Shown here in pieces: positions 35,393 through 45,457 of a DNA stretch of 64,000 nucleotides (position 1 is the stretch's first letter; each line of letters opens with the position of its first letter). Below the pieces are notes generated by a model, which saw only the letters and a list, made by a program, of their open reading frames with translations, searched no databases and was not told where the DNA came from. The stretch is taken from positions 448,001 through 512,000 of the forward strand of contig CAXXMU010000002.1 in assembly GCA_963667785.2 (NCBI GenBank). Direction: 5' to 3'. The DNA comes from Alphaproteobacteria bacterium (lineage in GTDB: Bacteria > Pseudomonadota > Alphaproteobacteria > UBA828). Made by a program: the position numbers and the translations under genes.

Positions 35393-37447
35393 ATGGCTTT
35401 TCGCTTAGGCGTCGACGTCGGCGGCACCTTCACCGATCTCCTGCTGATCGACGAATCGAGTGGCGGCACCTTCCGGGCGAAGGTTCCCTCGACTCCGCAT
35501 GATTCGTCGATCGGCGTGCTCAACGGCATCGAGCGCGTGTGCGAGAACGCCGGCGTCGAGCCCGCCCAGATCACCCACGTGATGCACGGCACCACCGTCG
35601 CCACGAACACCATCCTGGAGGGCAAGGGCGCCCGCGTCGGCCTCGTGACCACTGAGGGCTACGGGCAGATGCTGCAGATCGCACGCTCCTTCGTGCCCGG
35701 CATCCTCGCCGGCTGGATCATCTGGCCCAAGCCGGAGCCGCTGGCGCCGCTGGAGCTGACGGTCGAGGCCCGGGAACGCTCCAGCGCGCGCGGCGAGGTC
35801 GTCCGCGAGCTGAAGGAGGACGACCTGCGCGAGAAGCTCGGCCACCTCAAGGCGCAGGGGATCGAGGCGCTGACCGTTTGCCTGATGAACGCCTACGCGG
35901 GCGGCGAGCACGAGGAGCGGATTCGCGAGATCGCGAACGAGGTGATGCCGGGCGTGCCGGTTTCGATCTCCTCCGAGGTCCTGCCGGAGATGTACGAGTA
36001 CGAGCGCGCCATCACCACGGTCGCCAACTCCTACGTGGCGCCGGTGGTGCAGGGCTACGTCGCCAACCTGGAGCGTGAGCTGGAGCAGCGTAGGATCGAC
36101 GCCCATCTCCACATCCTGCGCTCGGACGGCGGGCTCGCCTCGGTGGAGGCCAGTCGCAACTCGCCGGTGAACGTGCTGATGAGCGGGCCTGCCGGCGGCG
36201 TCGCCGGGGCGCTCTGGATCGCCAGGCAGGCGGGCTACCAGAACCTGCTCACCCTCGACATGGGTGGCACGTCGACTGATGTGGCCCTGATCCTCGACGG
36301 CGTGCCGCGCAAGCGGCGCGAGACCACGGTGGGCGACGTGACGGTGCGAGCGCCCTCGCTCGACGTCCGCACCGTGGGTGCGGGCGGCGGCTCGATCGCG
36401 CACGTGCCTGAGATCACGGGCGCGCTCCGCGTCGGCCCGCAGAGCGCAGGCGCCGATCCCGGTCCCGCCGCCTACGGGCAGGGTGGCGATCAGCCGACCG
36501 TCACGGATGCCAATGTCGTGCTCGGCTACCTGCCGAGCGATCTGATCGGCGGCGAGATGAAGCTCGACGTGGATGCCTCCGTCGCCGCGGTGCAGACCGT
36601 GGCTACGGCTCTCGGCCTCGACCTCAAGCGGGCTGCGGCCGGGATCATCGACATCGTCAACGAGAACATGTTCGGCGCGCTCAGGCTTGTCTCGGTGCAG
36701 CAGGGCTTCGATCCGCGCGACTTCGCGCTGATCGCGTTCGGCGGGGCCGGGCCGCTGCACGCCAACGCGCTCGCCAGGCTGATGAACTCGTGGCCCGTCA
36801 TCATCCCGCCCTCACCGGGCGTGCTGTGCGCCTACGGCGACGCCACGACGCGGGTCACCGACGAGGCCTCGATGAGCTTCGTGCGGCGCTTCTCGGAGAC
36901 CTCGGACGCCGAGGTGCGCGGTATCCTGGACGACCTCGAGGCCCGCGCCCGGCAGGAGCTCGACGCCGAGGGCATCGGCCGGGACGACCAGTCCGTGCAG
37001 TACGAGGTGGACCTGCGCTACCACGGCCAGGGGCTGCAGCTTCCTGTGAGCTTCACCGCGGAGGAGTTCGAGCGCGACGGGCTTGGCTGGCTCGCCAGGC
37101 AGTTCGACGACGAGCACACCCAGCTCTTCACCTTCGCGCTGGACGCCGAACACGAGATCGTGACGCTCCGCGCCATCGTCCGGGGGGCGGAGACCTTCGT
37201 CGAGGCGGGCACCGTGCCGGACGGTGGGCTCGACCCGGCGGAGGCCAAGGTTGCGAGCGGCACGGTTTACGTCGACAATCGCGACCAGGAGGCGGCCGTC
37301 TACGACCGTGTCAGGCTCAAGGCCGGCAACAGGATCGAGGGGCCGGCGATCGTGACCGAGATGGATTCGACCACGCTGGTCCTGCCGGGCCATGTCGGCG
37401 TGGTCGACGGATACGGCAACATCATCATCAACCCGGTCGGCCACTGA
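35393..37447 (+). CDS. Hydantoinase A/oxoprolinase family, ATP-binding subunit
   Basis: GVDVGGTFTD, HGTTVATN, SGPAGG, DMGGTSTD, GAGGGS, PTVTDAN. Confidence 0.93.
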   Translation: MAFRLGVDVGGTFTDLLLIDESSGGTFRAKVPSTPHDSSIGVLNGIERVCENAGVEPAQITHVMHGTTVATNTILEGKGARVGLVTTEGYGQMLQIARSFVPGILAGWIIWPKPEPLAPLELTVEARERSSARGEVVRELKEDDLREKLGHLKAQGIEALTVCLMNAYAGGEHEERIREIANEVMPGVPVSISSEVLPEMYEYERAITTVANSYVAPVVQGYVANLERELEQRRIDAHLHILRSDGGLASVEASRNSPVNVLMSGPAGGVAGALWIARQAGYQNLLTLDMGGTSTDVALILDGVPRKRRETTVGDVTVRAPSLDVRTVGAGGGSIAHVPEITGALRVGPQSAGADPGPAAYGQGGDQPTVTDANVVLGYLPSDLIGGEMKLDVDASVAAVQTVATALGLDLKRAAAGIIDIVNENMFGALRLVSVQQGFDPRDFALIAFGGAGPLHANALARLMNSWPVIIPPSPGVLCAYGDATTRVTDEASMSFVRRFSETSDAEVRGILDDLEARARQELDAEGIGRDDQSVQYEVDLRYHGQGLQLPVSFTAEEFERDGLGWLARQFDDEHTQLFTFALDAEHEIVTLRAIVRGAETFVEAGTVPDGGLDPAEAKVASGTVYVDNRDQEAAVYDRVRLKAGNRIEGPAIVTEMDSTTLVLPGHVGVVDGYGNIIINPVGH

Positions 37448-37464
37448 GTCGGGGGAGGAGCGAC

Positions 37465-39390
37465 ATGCCAGTCACCATCGTCCAGACCAACGACGTGCCC
37501 TTCGAGCCGGTCGAGATGGATCCGATCACTCTCGACATCATCGAGAGCGCGCTGCGCAGCGCCCGCTACGAGATGGACGCCGTGCTCTACCGCACCGCCA
37601 TGTCGCCGGGAATCCGCGAGCAGCACGACGAGTTCCCGATGATCGCCAACCCCGACGGCAAGATGGTCGTCGGCCAGTTCGGCTCCTTCATCCACGGCTT
37701 CAAGCGCGAGTATGACGGCACGATCGAGGAGGGGGACATCTTCCTCACCTCCGATCCCTACAGCTGCGCCGGCGCCATCAGCCACGCGCCGGACTGGCTG
37801 ATCCTGCGCCCTGTCTATCGCGACGGTCGGCTCATCGCCTACGCCTCGATGTTCGGCCACATGACCGACGTCGGCGGCAAGGTGCCGGGGAGCCTGCCGA
37901 CCGACGCCAACCAGATCTACGAGGAAGGCGTCGTCATCCCGGTGGTCAAGATCTACAAGAACGACGTGCTGCAGGAAGACGTCCTCAAGGTGATCCTGCA
38001 CCAGTGCCGCATGCCGCAGTGGAACCGGAGCGACTTCAACGCGCTGATTGCCGCCGTCCGGCTCGCCGAGAAGCGCATCCACGAGCTCTGCGACCGCTTC
38101 GGCGTCGATACCGTGATCGCGGCGATGGACGAGCTGCTGGAGCGCAACCGGCGCGCCATGCTGCACCTGATCCGCAACACCGTCGGCGAGGACGAGACCC
38201 TCTATTTCGAGGACTACATTTGCGACGACGGGCTCGGCATGGGCCCCTACAAGATGGCCTGCAAGATGTGGCGCGACGGCGACGTGCTGGTCTTCGATTT
38301 CGACGGCACCGATCCGCAGTCCGAGAGCTCGATCAACTTCTTCCTCAACGAAGAAATGTTCAAGATGTTCGTCGGCGTCTACATGATCAACGTGTTCGAT
38401 CCGCAGATCATGTTCAACGACGGCTTCTACGACCATGTCGACGTGCGGATCCCGCCGGGAACACTGCTCAAGCCGCTGAAGCCCGCGGCGCTCTCGTCCA
38501 GGACCCATGCGCTGGGGCGCATCTTCGACGTGCTCGGCGGCCTGCTCGGCCAGCGGGCGCCCAACCTCATGGTGGCAGCCGGCTTCTCCGACAGCCCGCA
38601 CTTCATGTATTCGGGCTATTCCAGTGAGGGCGAGTGGTACCAGCTCTACCAGATCGGCTTCGGCGGCATTCCCGGCCGGCCGGCGGGCGACGGCCCCGAC
38701 GGGCACTCGCTCTGGCCCTCCTTCACCAACGTCCCCAACGAGTTCCTGGAGGCCTACTTCCCGCTCCGGATCGAGGTCTACGAGACCATCCCGGATTCCG
38801 GCGGGCCCGGCCTCCATCGCGGCGGCAACGGCGTGACCATCGGCTACCGCGCGCTGGAGCCCGGCGAGATGTCGCTGCACGACGACCGCTGGCTCACCTA
38901 TCCGTGGGGGGTCAACGGCGGCCTGCCCGGCGGGCGCAGCCGCAAGGAGATCCACCGCGCCGACGGCTCGTTCGAGGTGCTGCCGTCCAAGTGCGACCAT
39001 GTGAAGGTCGAGGCCGGCGACCTACTGCTCTTCAAGACCTGGGGCGGCGGCGGCTGGGGCGACCCCTACGAGCGCGACCCGGCGCTGGTGGCGCTCGAGG
39101 TCGAGCGCGGCCTCGTCACGCGCGCCGGCGCCGAGCGCTACGGCGTGGTGCTGAAGGACGACCTGATGGTCGACGAGAAGGCGACGGCGGCGTTGCGGGA
39201 GAAGCTCCGCGCAGAGCGGGGCGAGGTGCAGCTCTTCGATCGCGGCGGGACGGTGGAGGAGCTTCGCGCCCGGTGCGAGGAGGAGACGCTGCTCGCGCCG
39301 CCGAAGCCGCCGGAGTTCAACCGCCGGGTGCTGCGCTTCCTGCAGGAGCGGGAGGCCAAGGCCGCCGAGGCCGGCGCCGCCGCCGAATAG
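37465..39390 (+). CDS. Hydantoinase B/oxoprolinase family subunit
   Basis: DPITLDII, RTAMSPGIRE, HAPD, HMTDVGG, GGGGWGDP; GGAGGAG RBS. Confidence 0.93.
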   Translation: MPVTIVQTNDVPFEPVEMDPITLDIIESALRSARYEMDAVLYRTAMSPGIREQHDEFPMIANPDGKMVVGQFGSFIHGFKREYDGTIEEGDIFLTSDPYSCAGAISHAPDWLILRPVYRDGRLIAYASMFGHMTDVGGKVPGSLPTDANQIYEEGVVIPVVKIYKNDVLQEDVLKVILHQCRMPQWNRSDFNALIAAVRLAEKRIHELCDRFGVDTVIAAMDELLERNRRAMLHLIRNTVGEDETLYFEDYICDDGLGMGPYKMACKMWRDGDVLVFDFDGTDPQSESSINFFLNEEMFKMFVGVYMINVFDPQIMFNDGFYDHVDVRIPPGTLLKPLKPAALSSRTHALGRIFDVLGGLLGQRAPNLMVAAGFSDSPHFMYSGYSSEGEWYQLYQIGFGGIPGRPAGDGPDGHSLWPSFTNVPNEFLEAYFPLRIEVYETIPDSGGPGLHRGGNGVTIGYRALEPGEMSLHDDRWLTYPWGVNGGLPGGRSRKEIHRADGSFEVLPSKCDHVKVEAGDLLLFKTWGGGGWGDPYERDPALVALEVERGLVTRAGAERYGVVLKDDLMVDEKATAALREKLRAERGEVQLFDRGGTVEELRARCEEETLLAPPKPPEFNRRVLRFLQEREAKAAEAGAAAE

Positions 39391-39415
39391 GGCGGCCGCC
39401 CATTCATGTGATGAC

Positions 39416-39441
39416 AGGCCCCGCCGGAGACGGCGGGGCCT
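39416..39441. terminator. Hairpin between convergent genes (probable bidirectional terminator)
   Basis: AGGCCCCGCCG-GAGA-CGGCGGGGCCT, 11-bp stem with GNRA loop. Confidence 0.6.
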
Positions 39442-39445
39442 TCCT

Positions 39446-40339
39446 CTATTCGGCCGCCTCGGCCTCGGGCCGGGCCCAGCGCCGCTCGAAGGCCCAGACG
39501 TCCTCGAAGCCCATGAGCGTGTGCATCTCCGGCAGTGAGATCATCGGCGCATCGACGTTGGCGGTGGAGCCGTCGCGCAGCAGGGATTCGAAGGCGCTCT
39601 TCATGGCGCCGGCCGCCGGCAGCATGCCGATGGCGGGATAGATCGCGATGCTGAAGCCCAGCTCCGCCAGCCGGTCCGCCGGCACGATCGGGGTCTTGCC
39701 GCTGTCCACCATGTTCGCGAGCAGCGGCTTGTCGAAGGTCTCGCCGATGCGCGCGATCTCCGCTTCGTTCTCCGGCGCCTCGATGAAGATCACGTCGGCG
39801 CCTGCTTCCGCGTAGGCCCGGCCGCGGGCCAGGGCCTCGTCGAGGCCGAGGGCGGTGCGCGCGTCGGTGCGTGCGATGATCAGGAAGTTGGGGTCCGAGC
39901 GCGCCTCCACCGCGACCCGAACCTTCTCGACCATGTCGTCCACGGGCACGACGCGGCGGTCCGGCGTGTGCCCGCACTTCTTCGGGATCTCCTGGTCCTC
40001 GAGCTGGATCGCGCTGCAGCCGGCGTCCTCGTAGCCCTGCACGGTATGGCGGACGTTGAGGAGGCCGCCGAAGCCCGTGTCCGCATCGCAAATCAGCGGC
40101 GACGCGGTGCGGCCCGCGATGGTGCGGACCCTGCCGACCACGTCGGCATAGCTCGCGATTCCGGCGTCGGGCAGGCCGAGATGGGAGGCAGCCACGCCGT
40201 AGCCGGTCATGTAGAGCGCCCGGAAACCCATGCTGTCGGCGAGCCGGGCGGAGATCATGTCGTAGACGCCGGGGGCGACGACGAACTGCCCCTCCTTGAT
40301 CGCGCCGGCAAGCGCGGCACGCTTCTCGCTCGCATTCAT
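39446..40339 (-). CDS. Isocitrate lyase/PEP mutase family lyase (methylisocitrate/dimethylmalate lyase-like)
   Basis: LYMTG, DADTGFG, LEDQ..PKKCGH, IIARTDA. Confidence 0.88.
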   Translation of the reverse strand: MNASEKRAALAGAIKEGQFVVAPGVYDMISARLADSMGFRALYMTGYGVAASHLGLPDAGIASYADVVGRVRTIAGRTASPLICDADTGFGGLLNVRHTVQGYEDAGCSAIQLEDQEIPKKCGHTPDRRVVPVDDMVEKVRVAVEARSDPNFLIIARTDARTALGLDEALARGRAYAEAGADVIFIEAPENEAEIARIGETFDKPLLANMVDSGKTPIVPADRLAELGFSIAIYPAIGMLPAAGAMKSAFESLLRDGSTANVDAPMISLPEMHTLMGFEDVWAFERRWARPEAEAAE

Positions 40340-40364
40340 GGTCGTTCCTCCGTCTGGGGGCGGG

Positions 40365-41252
40365 CTAGCCGCGATGGGCGTCGAGGAAGCCCAGCAGGGT
40401 CTCGAAATAGGCCTCCGGCTCCTCGTACATCGGCAGGTGGGACGAGTTCGGGAACACCTTGATCTGCGAGTTGGGCAGCGCGGCGTGGAGCTTCATGGAG
40501 CACGCCGGTGTCAGCTCGTCGTGCTGGCCGCAGAGCACCAGCGCCGGCTGATGCACCCGGTGCAGCTCGGGCAGCCAGTTCTTGTCCTTGATGGAGCCCG
40601 TGTAGCAGAACTCGTTGGGGCCCTGGATCGCCTCGTAGGGGCCCATGTTCCAGTCGCCGAGGGAGCGCGTGACCGGGGCCGGCCAGTGGTCCAGCCTGCA
40701 AACGTGGCGATAGTTGAGGATCGTGATCGCCGCCTGATAGGTGGGGTGGTCGATGGTGCCTTCCGCCTCGTGGCGCTGCATCATCGCCTCGGTCTCCGGC
40801 CCCAGCGCATGGCGCAGCCGATGCAGCTCGCTCACCAGATGGGGGATGTCGCCGGCGCCGTTGGCAAGGATGAAGGTCTTGAAGCTGTCGGGATAGGCGA
40901 GCGCGTACTCCTGGCCGAGCCAGGTGCCCCAGGACTGGCCGTAGTAGTGGACCCGGCCGAGCCCAAGCGCGGTGCGCACGGTCTCCACCTCCTCGACGTA
41001 GCGCTCGATGGTCCAGAGCGCCTCGTCCTCCGGGCGATCCGACCTGCCGGTGCCGAGCTGGTCGAAGGCCACGACCCGGTAGCCCTTGTCCGCGAGCCAG
41101 GAGTGGGCGTCGCGCACGTAATCGCAGGGCAGGCCCGGCCCGCCGTTGACGCAGAACAGGACCTCGTCGCCCGAGCCGAAGCTGTAGGCGACCACGTTGT
41201 AGCCGTCGACGGTGACGTCGATGGTCTCGTCCGGTGCGCGATCGTCCATCAT
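40365..41252 (-). CDS. Proline iminopeptidase-family alpha/beta hydrolase (L-amino acid amidase-like)
   Basis: NGGPG, DQLGTGRS, nucleophile GQSWG, GPNEF, SSHLP. Confidence 0.85.
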   Translation of the reverse strand: MMDDRAPDETIDVTVDGYNVVAYSFGSGDEVLFCVNGGPGLPCDYVRDAHSWLADKGYRVVAFDQLGTGRSDRPEDEALWTIERYVEEVETVRTALGLGRVHYYGQSWGTWLGQEYALAYPDSFKTFILANGAGDIPHLVSELHRLRHALGPETEAMMQRHEAEGTIDHPTYQAAITILNYRHVCRLDHWPAPVTRSLGDWNMGPYEAIQGPNEFCYTGSIKDKNWLPELHRVHQPALVLCGQHDELTPACSMKLHAALPNSQIKVFPNSSHLPMYEEPEAYFETLLGFLDAHRG

Positions 41253-41342
41253 GGCCGCCGCTCCCTCCAGAATGGCGCGGCGGAGTGTTCCACAATTGCG
41301 GACCGCCTCCAAGCGGGCCCGCGCGGCGCCGGGCTGGCGCGC

Positions 41343-42446
41343 CTACTCGACGACGAAGGTGGGGTTGAAATCGGCGGGCGCGAGGGAGAGGCGGGTGCTG
41401 AAGGCGTCGAGATTGGCCTGCTCGACGATGTGGATGAAGGGGCCGGCGTGCAGGTGTTCGAGCTTGCCTTCGAGCAGCCGCACCGCCATTTCGATCCCCA
41501 TCCGCCCCTGCAGGGCGGGAAAATCGGTCGGCGCGGCGAGGATGCGGTCGCGCTTGATGCCGCGATAGACGGCGTGGGTGAAGTAGTCGGCGAGCACCCG
41601 GATCTGCCCGGTGAGGCCGCGCGCCCGAAGCAGGCTCACCGCAGCGCCCGCGGTGACCGCGCTGCCCACGATGTAGTCGATGTCCGGCCGCTCCTCGAGC
41701 GCCTCCTCCACCAGGATGAGCTGGATCTCGCGCCCGGTGTCGCCCCACTTGCGCACGACGATGTCGACGGCGCTGCCTGCGAGCGCCTCGGTGAAGCCTT
41801 CCTCGACGAAGTGGGCCCACTGCGATTCGCGCGGGCCGGGGAACCACGCGACCTTGACCGGCGGCGTGCCCGCCGGATGCAGGCCGGCCAGATAGGCGCC
41901 GGTCACCTCGCCCATCGTCACCCAGGAGACCGCGGCCTTGGCGCTGATACCGGGGTCGGCGATGTCGTTGACCACGGCGATCACGGGAATGCTCTCGCTG
42001 ATCGCGAGCACCGCCTCCGTCAACCCGTCGAAGCTCACCGCCCCCAGCGCCAGGATGTCCGCCTCGCGCGCGCAGTCGATGATCTGGGCGATCTGGCGGG
42101 CGAGGTTGGGGTAGCCGCCGGCCTCGACGACGCGGAGCGCGACGCCCAGCCGCTTCGCCTCCTCGACCATGCCGTAGTTGACGCTCAGCCAGTACGAATC
42201 CTTGAGGTGGGGGTAGGACGCGCAGATCCGCCACTTCCGCGAGGCGCTGGAGAGGGGCCGATGGGTGATGGTCGTCGTCGGGCTGCGGAAGTCGAAGGGC
42301 GGGGACCAGACCTCGAGTGACCACGTGGATGGGGTCGTGTCCGCGGCTGCCGGAGCGGGCTCCTGCGCCAGCCCCGCGACCAGCGCGAGGCCCACGAGGA
42401 GCCCGAGAACCGGCCGTGACGGGCGTCCCGGTTTCATGAGCGCCAT
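41343..42446 (-). CDS. torT: Periplasmic TMAO-binding sensor TorT
   Basis: WRICASYPHLKDSYWLSVNYGMVEEAKRLGV, EAGGY, YIVGSAVTA, YFTHAVYRGIKR; adjacent to TorS/TorR. Confidence 0.88.
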   Translation of the reverse strand: MALMKPGRPSRPVLGLLVGLALVAGLAQEPAPAAADTTPSTWSLEVWSPPFDFRSPTTTITHRPLSSASRKWRICASYPHLKDSYWLSVNYGMVEEAKRLGVALRVVEAGGYPNLARQIAQIIDCAREADILALGAVSFDGLTEAVLAISESIPVIAVVNDIADPGISAKAAVSWVTMGEVTGAYLAGLHPAGTPPVKVAWFPGPRESQWAHFVEEGFTEALAGSAVDIVVRKWGDTGREIQLILVEEALEERPDIDYIVGSAVTAGAAVSLLRARGLTGQIRVLADYFTHAVYRGIKRDRILAAPTDFPALQGRMGIEMAVRLLEGKLEHLHAGPFIHIVEQANLDAFSTRLSLAPADFNPTFVVE

Positions 42447-42493
42447 TCTGGGGTCGATTGCCTTTCGATTCCAACCGGTGTTCTACTTCCGCG

Positions 42494-45457
42494 ATGTTCG
42501 GTCGCTTCGGTATCGCGAGCCGGCTGTTCGCCGCCTTCTTCGGCGTCGCGGCGCTGTCCATCGCCGCCGGCGTCATCGGCTGGGTGGTGCTGCGCAACGT
42601 CGATACGGCGCAGACCACGATCGTCGACCAGGCCATGCCGGCGATCGCCGAGGCGCGGATCATCGCCGAGACGTCGTCGCAGATCGCCGCGCACGGCGCG
42701 CTCCTGGCCAACGCCGAGAGCGAAGCGGAGCGCCAGGCCGAGACGCATATTCTGCGCTCCACCACCGATCTGCTCTCGGCTCGGCTGGACGCGCTGGAAG
42801 GGTACGGCTTCCCCGAGCAGGAGGTTGCCGAGCTGCGCGGCGTGGTCTCGGCGCTGGCGGCCAACCTCGACCGGCAGGGAGAGATCGTCGCGGCGCGTAT
42901 CGGGGTGAGCGCCGTCCTGGCCGCGTCGATTGCGCGCACGCTGGAGGCGGCCGGCGATCTCTCCGTCCTGTCGGAGACCCTCACCTCCAACGCCGCATCG
43001 GGCGCGACGGTCGTCATCTCCAACCTCTACGAGCTCGCCGAGGATCCGGCGCGCCTTCCGGCCACCTTCGATGCCTTCGACCGGCTGGTCGAGGCCGACC
43101 TCTTCCTCCTCGAGCGGATGTTCGAGCTCAGGATGCGCGCCTCCGAGCAGGGGCTGCTGTTGAACCAGCTCGGCCGCGCGCGCGACACGGGCGAGATCAA
43201 CTGGATCGAGGAGCGTTACAGCGGCAACCTCCGCATCCTCACGCGCCGCGTGGCCCTGATCGACGACCCGATCCGCCGCGAGCAGGCGGCGACGCTGGTC
43301 GCCGCGCTCTCGTCGGACGGCCCCCCCGGCACGCTCGGCCTCTTCGACCTTCGTCGCGAGGCGCTCGGCCTCGATGCGGCGCTGGCCGTCCTTGCCGACG
43401 ACAACCGGGCACTGACCGAGACGATGAACGAGCATGTCGCCGCGGTCGTCTCCCGCTCGCAGCTGATCGCCGCGGGCGCGTCGGAAGCGGCAGACAGTGC
43501 CGTCGAGTTCGGCGGGCTCACCGTCCTCCTCCAGATCGTGCTGTTCATCGCCATCGCCGGCGCCATCGCCTGGCTCTACGTGCACCGCAACCTCGTTCAC
43601 CGGCTGTCCGCGCTGCACCGGGTCATGCAGAGTCTGGCGGCGGGGCGCCTGGATGTGGCCGTGCCGACGGGCGGTCGCGACGAGCTCTCTGACATGGCCG
43701 ATACGGTGCGCGTGTTCCGCGACCAGGCGATCGTCAAGCAGCAGTTGGAGGAGGAGCGTGAACGGACGAACGCCGAGCTGCGCCAGCACAAGGAGGAGCT
43801 GGAAAGGCTCGTCGCCGAGCGCACCGCGCAGCTCACCGAGGCCAACGCCCGGCTCGTGGAGGAAGTAGAGAACCACGATCGGGCCCGCGCCCGCGCCGAG
43901 CAGGCGAGCCGCGCCAAGTCCGAGTTCCTGGCGACGATGAGCCACGAGATCCGCACCCCGATGAACGGGGTTCTCGGCATGTTGCGGCTGATGGCCGACG
44001 GTCCCCTGAACGAGAGGCAGCGGCAGCAGGTCAGGGTGATGCGCTCATCGAGCGAGATCCTGCTCGGCATCCTCAACGACATCCTCGACTATTCCCGAGT
44101 CGAGTCCGGAGAGATCGAGGTGGAGCACGCCGTCTTCGACCTGCACGAGCTGGTCGAGGACATCGTGGTGCTCATGCAGGGCCGCGCCCGGGAGAAGAAC
44201 CTCGCCCTCGAGCTCGCGATCGCGGACGGCGTGCCGACAGCGGTGGCGGGCGATCGGCAGAAGCTGAGCCAGGTCCTCCTCAACCTGCTGGGCAACGGCA
44301 TCAAGTTCACCGATCGTGGCTCCGTCACGCTGTCGCTCACCGGGGGCGAGGACACGGACACCGTGCGTCTGGCGGTGCGGGACACCGGCCCCGGCATCGC
44401 CGAGCAGGACCTCGCCCATCTCTTCGAGCCCTTCTACCAGGCGGCCGCGTCGCGCCGGCACGGACAGCAGACTGGCACCGGCCTCGGCCTTGCGATCTCG
44501 AGGCGGCTGGTCACGGCGATGGAGGGCCGGATCGGGGTCGAGACGGAGCCTGGGCGGGGAAGCTGCTTCTCGGTCACGCTGCCGCTGCCGCAGGCGGAGG
44601 CTGCCATTCAGCCGTCGGCCGCGGAGGCGCTGCCCTACGAGGCGGGCGTTCCCCTCAGCGCGATGAGCGTCCTCATCGTCGAGGACAATGTGGTCAACGC
44701 GATGGTCGTGGAGGCCTTCGTCGCCCGGATGGGTCACGAGCCGCTCGTCGCTTCGACCGCCGAAGAGGGGCTGGCGCTCCTGGAGAGACAGTCGTTCGAC
44801 CTGGTCCTCATGGATATCAGCCTGCCGGGCATCGACGGCATCGAGGCGACGCAGCGCATCCGCGCACACGCGGATTCCGCGATCCACTCGCTGCCGGTCA
44901 TTGCGATGTCGGCCCACGTCTTCGAGAGCGAGGTCGCCCAGCATCTTCAATCCGGAATGGATGCCTTCATCGGCAAGCCCATCGCGCCGGAGGCCCTGGC
45001 TCAGACCATCTCGAGCGTCCTCGGCCGTGCGCCCGGCTGGCGCGACCAGGAGGACCGGGGCCGGGCCGGCGACACGTCGATCATCGATCCCGCCGTGCTG
45101 GCGCAGGATCGTGCGGCGCTCGGCGCCGAGCGCGGCGTCCTGATGATCGAGACCTTCGTCGAGACGGCGCCGGTTCAGATCGACGGCATCAGGAGCGCAC
45201 TCGCCGAGGGCCGCGCCGAGCGGGCGGCGGACCTGGCCCATGCGCTGAGGGGCGCGGCGGGAAGTCTCGGGCTGCGTCGCCTCGCGGACCGTTGCGGTGC
45301 GCTGGAAGCCCGCGCCCGCACGCCGGAGGCGGCGGCCCTGGCCGACGAGCTACAGCGTCTGTTCGAGGAATCGCGGGAGGCGCTGGTGACGCTCTGGTCG
45401 GGTCTCGATTCCGGCGCGCGCGACGATCAGGCCGTCACGGCCGGGGTGAACACGTAA
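42494..45457 (+). CDS. torS: Hybrid sensor histidine kinase TorS (periplasmic sensor-HAMP-HisKA-HATPase-REC-HPt)
   Basis: TM1, long helical periplasmic domain, HAMP, FLATMSHEIRTPMNG, GTGLGL, DLVLMDISLP, AHALRGAAGSLG. Confidence 0.85.
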   Translation: MFGRFGIASRLFAAFFGVAALSIAAGVIGWVVLRNVDTAQTTIVDQAMPAIAEARIIAETSSQIAAHGALLANAESEAERQAETHILRSTTDLLSARLDALEGYGFPEQEVAELRGVVSALAANLDRQGEIVAARIGVSAVLAASIARTLEAAGDLSVLSETLTSNAASGATVVISNLYELAEDPARLPATFDAFDRLVEADLFLLERMFELRMRASEQGLLLNQLGRARDTGEINWIEERYSGNLRILTRRVALIDDPIRREQAATLVAALSSDGPPGTLGLFDLRREALGLDAALAVLADDNRALTETMNEHVAAVVSRSQLIAAGASEAADSAVEFGGLTVLLQIVLFIAIAGAIAWLYVHRNLVHRLSALHRVMQSLAAGRLDVAVPTGGRDELSDMADTVRVFRDQAIVKQQLEEERERTNAELRQHKEELERLVAERTAQLTEANARLVEEVENHDRARARAEQASRAKSEFLATMSHEIRTPMNGVLGMLRLMADGPLNERQRQQVRVMRSSSEILLGILNDILDYSRVESGEIEVEHAVFDLHELVEDIVVLMQGRAREKNLALELAIADGVPTAVAGDRQKLSQVLLNLLGNGIKFTDRGSVTLSLTGGEDTDTVRLAVRDTGPGIAEQDLAHLFEPFYQAAASRRHGQQTGTGLGLAISRRLVTAMEGRIGVETEPGRGSCFSVTLPLPQAEAAIQPSAAEALPYEAGVPLSAMSVLIVEDNVVNAMVVEAFVARMGHEPLVASTAEEGLALLERQSFDLVLMDISLPGIDGIEATQRIRAHADSAIHSLPVIAMSAHVFESEVAQHLQSGMDAFIGKPIAPEALAQTISSVLGRAPGWRDQEDRGRAGDTSIIDPAVLAQDRAALGAERGVLMIETFVETAPVQIDGIRSALAEGRAERAADLAHALRGAAGSLGLRRLADRCGALEARARTPEAAALADELQRLFEESREALVTLWSGLDSGARDDQAVTAGVNT

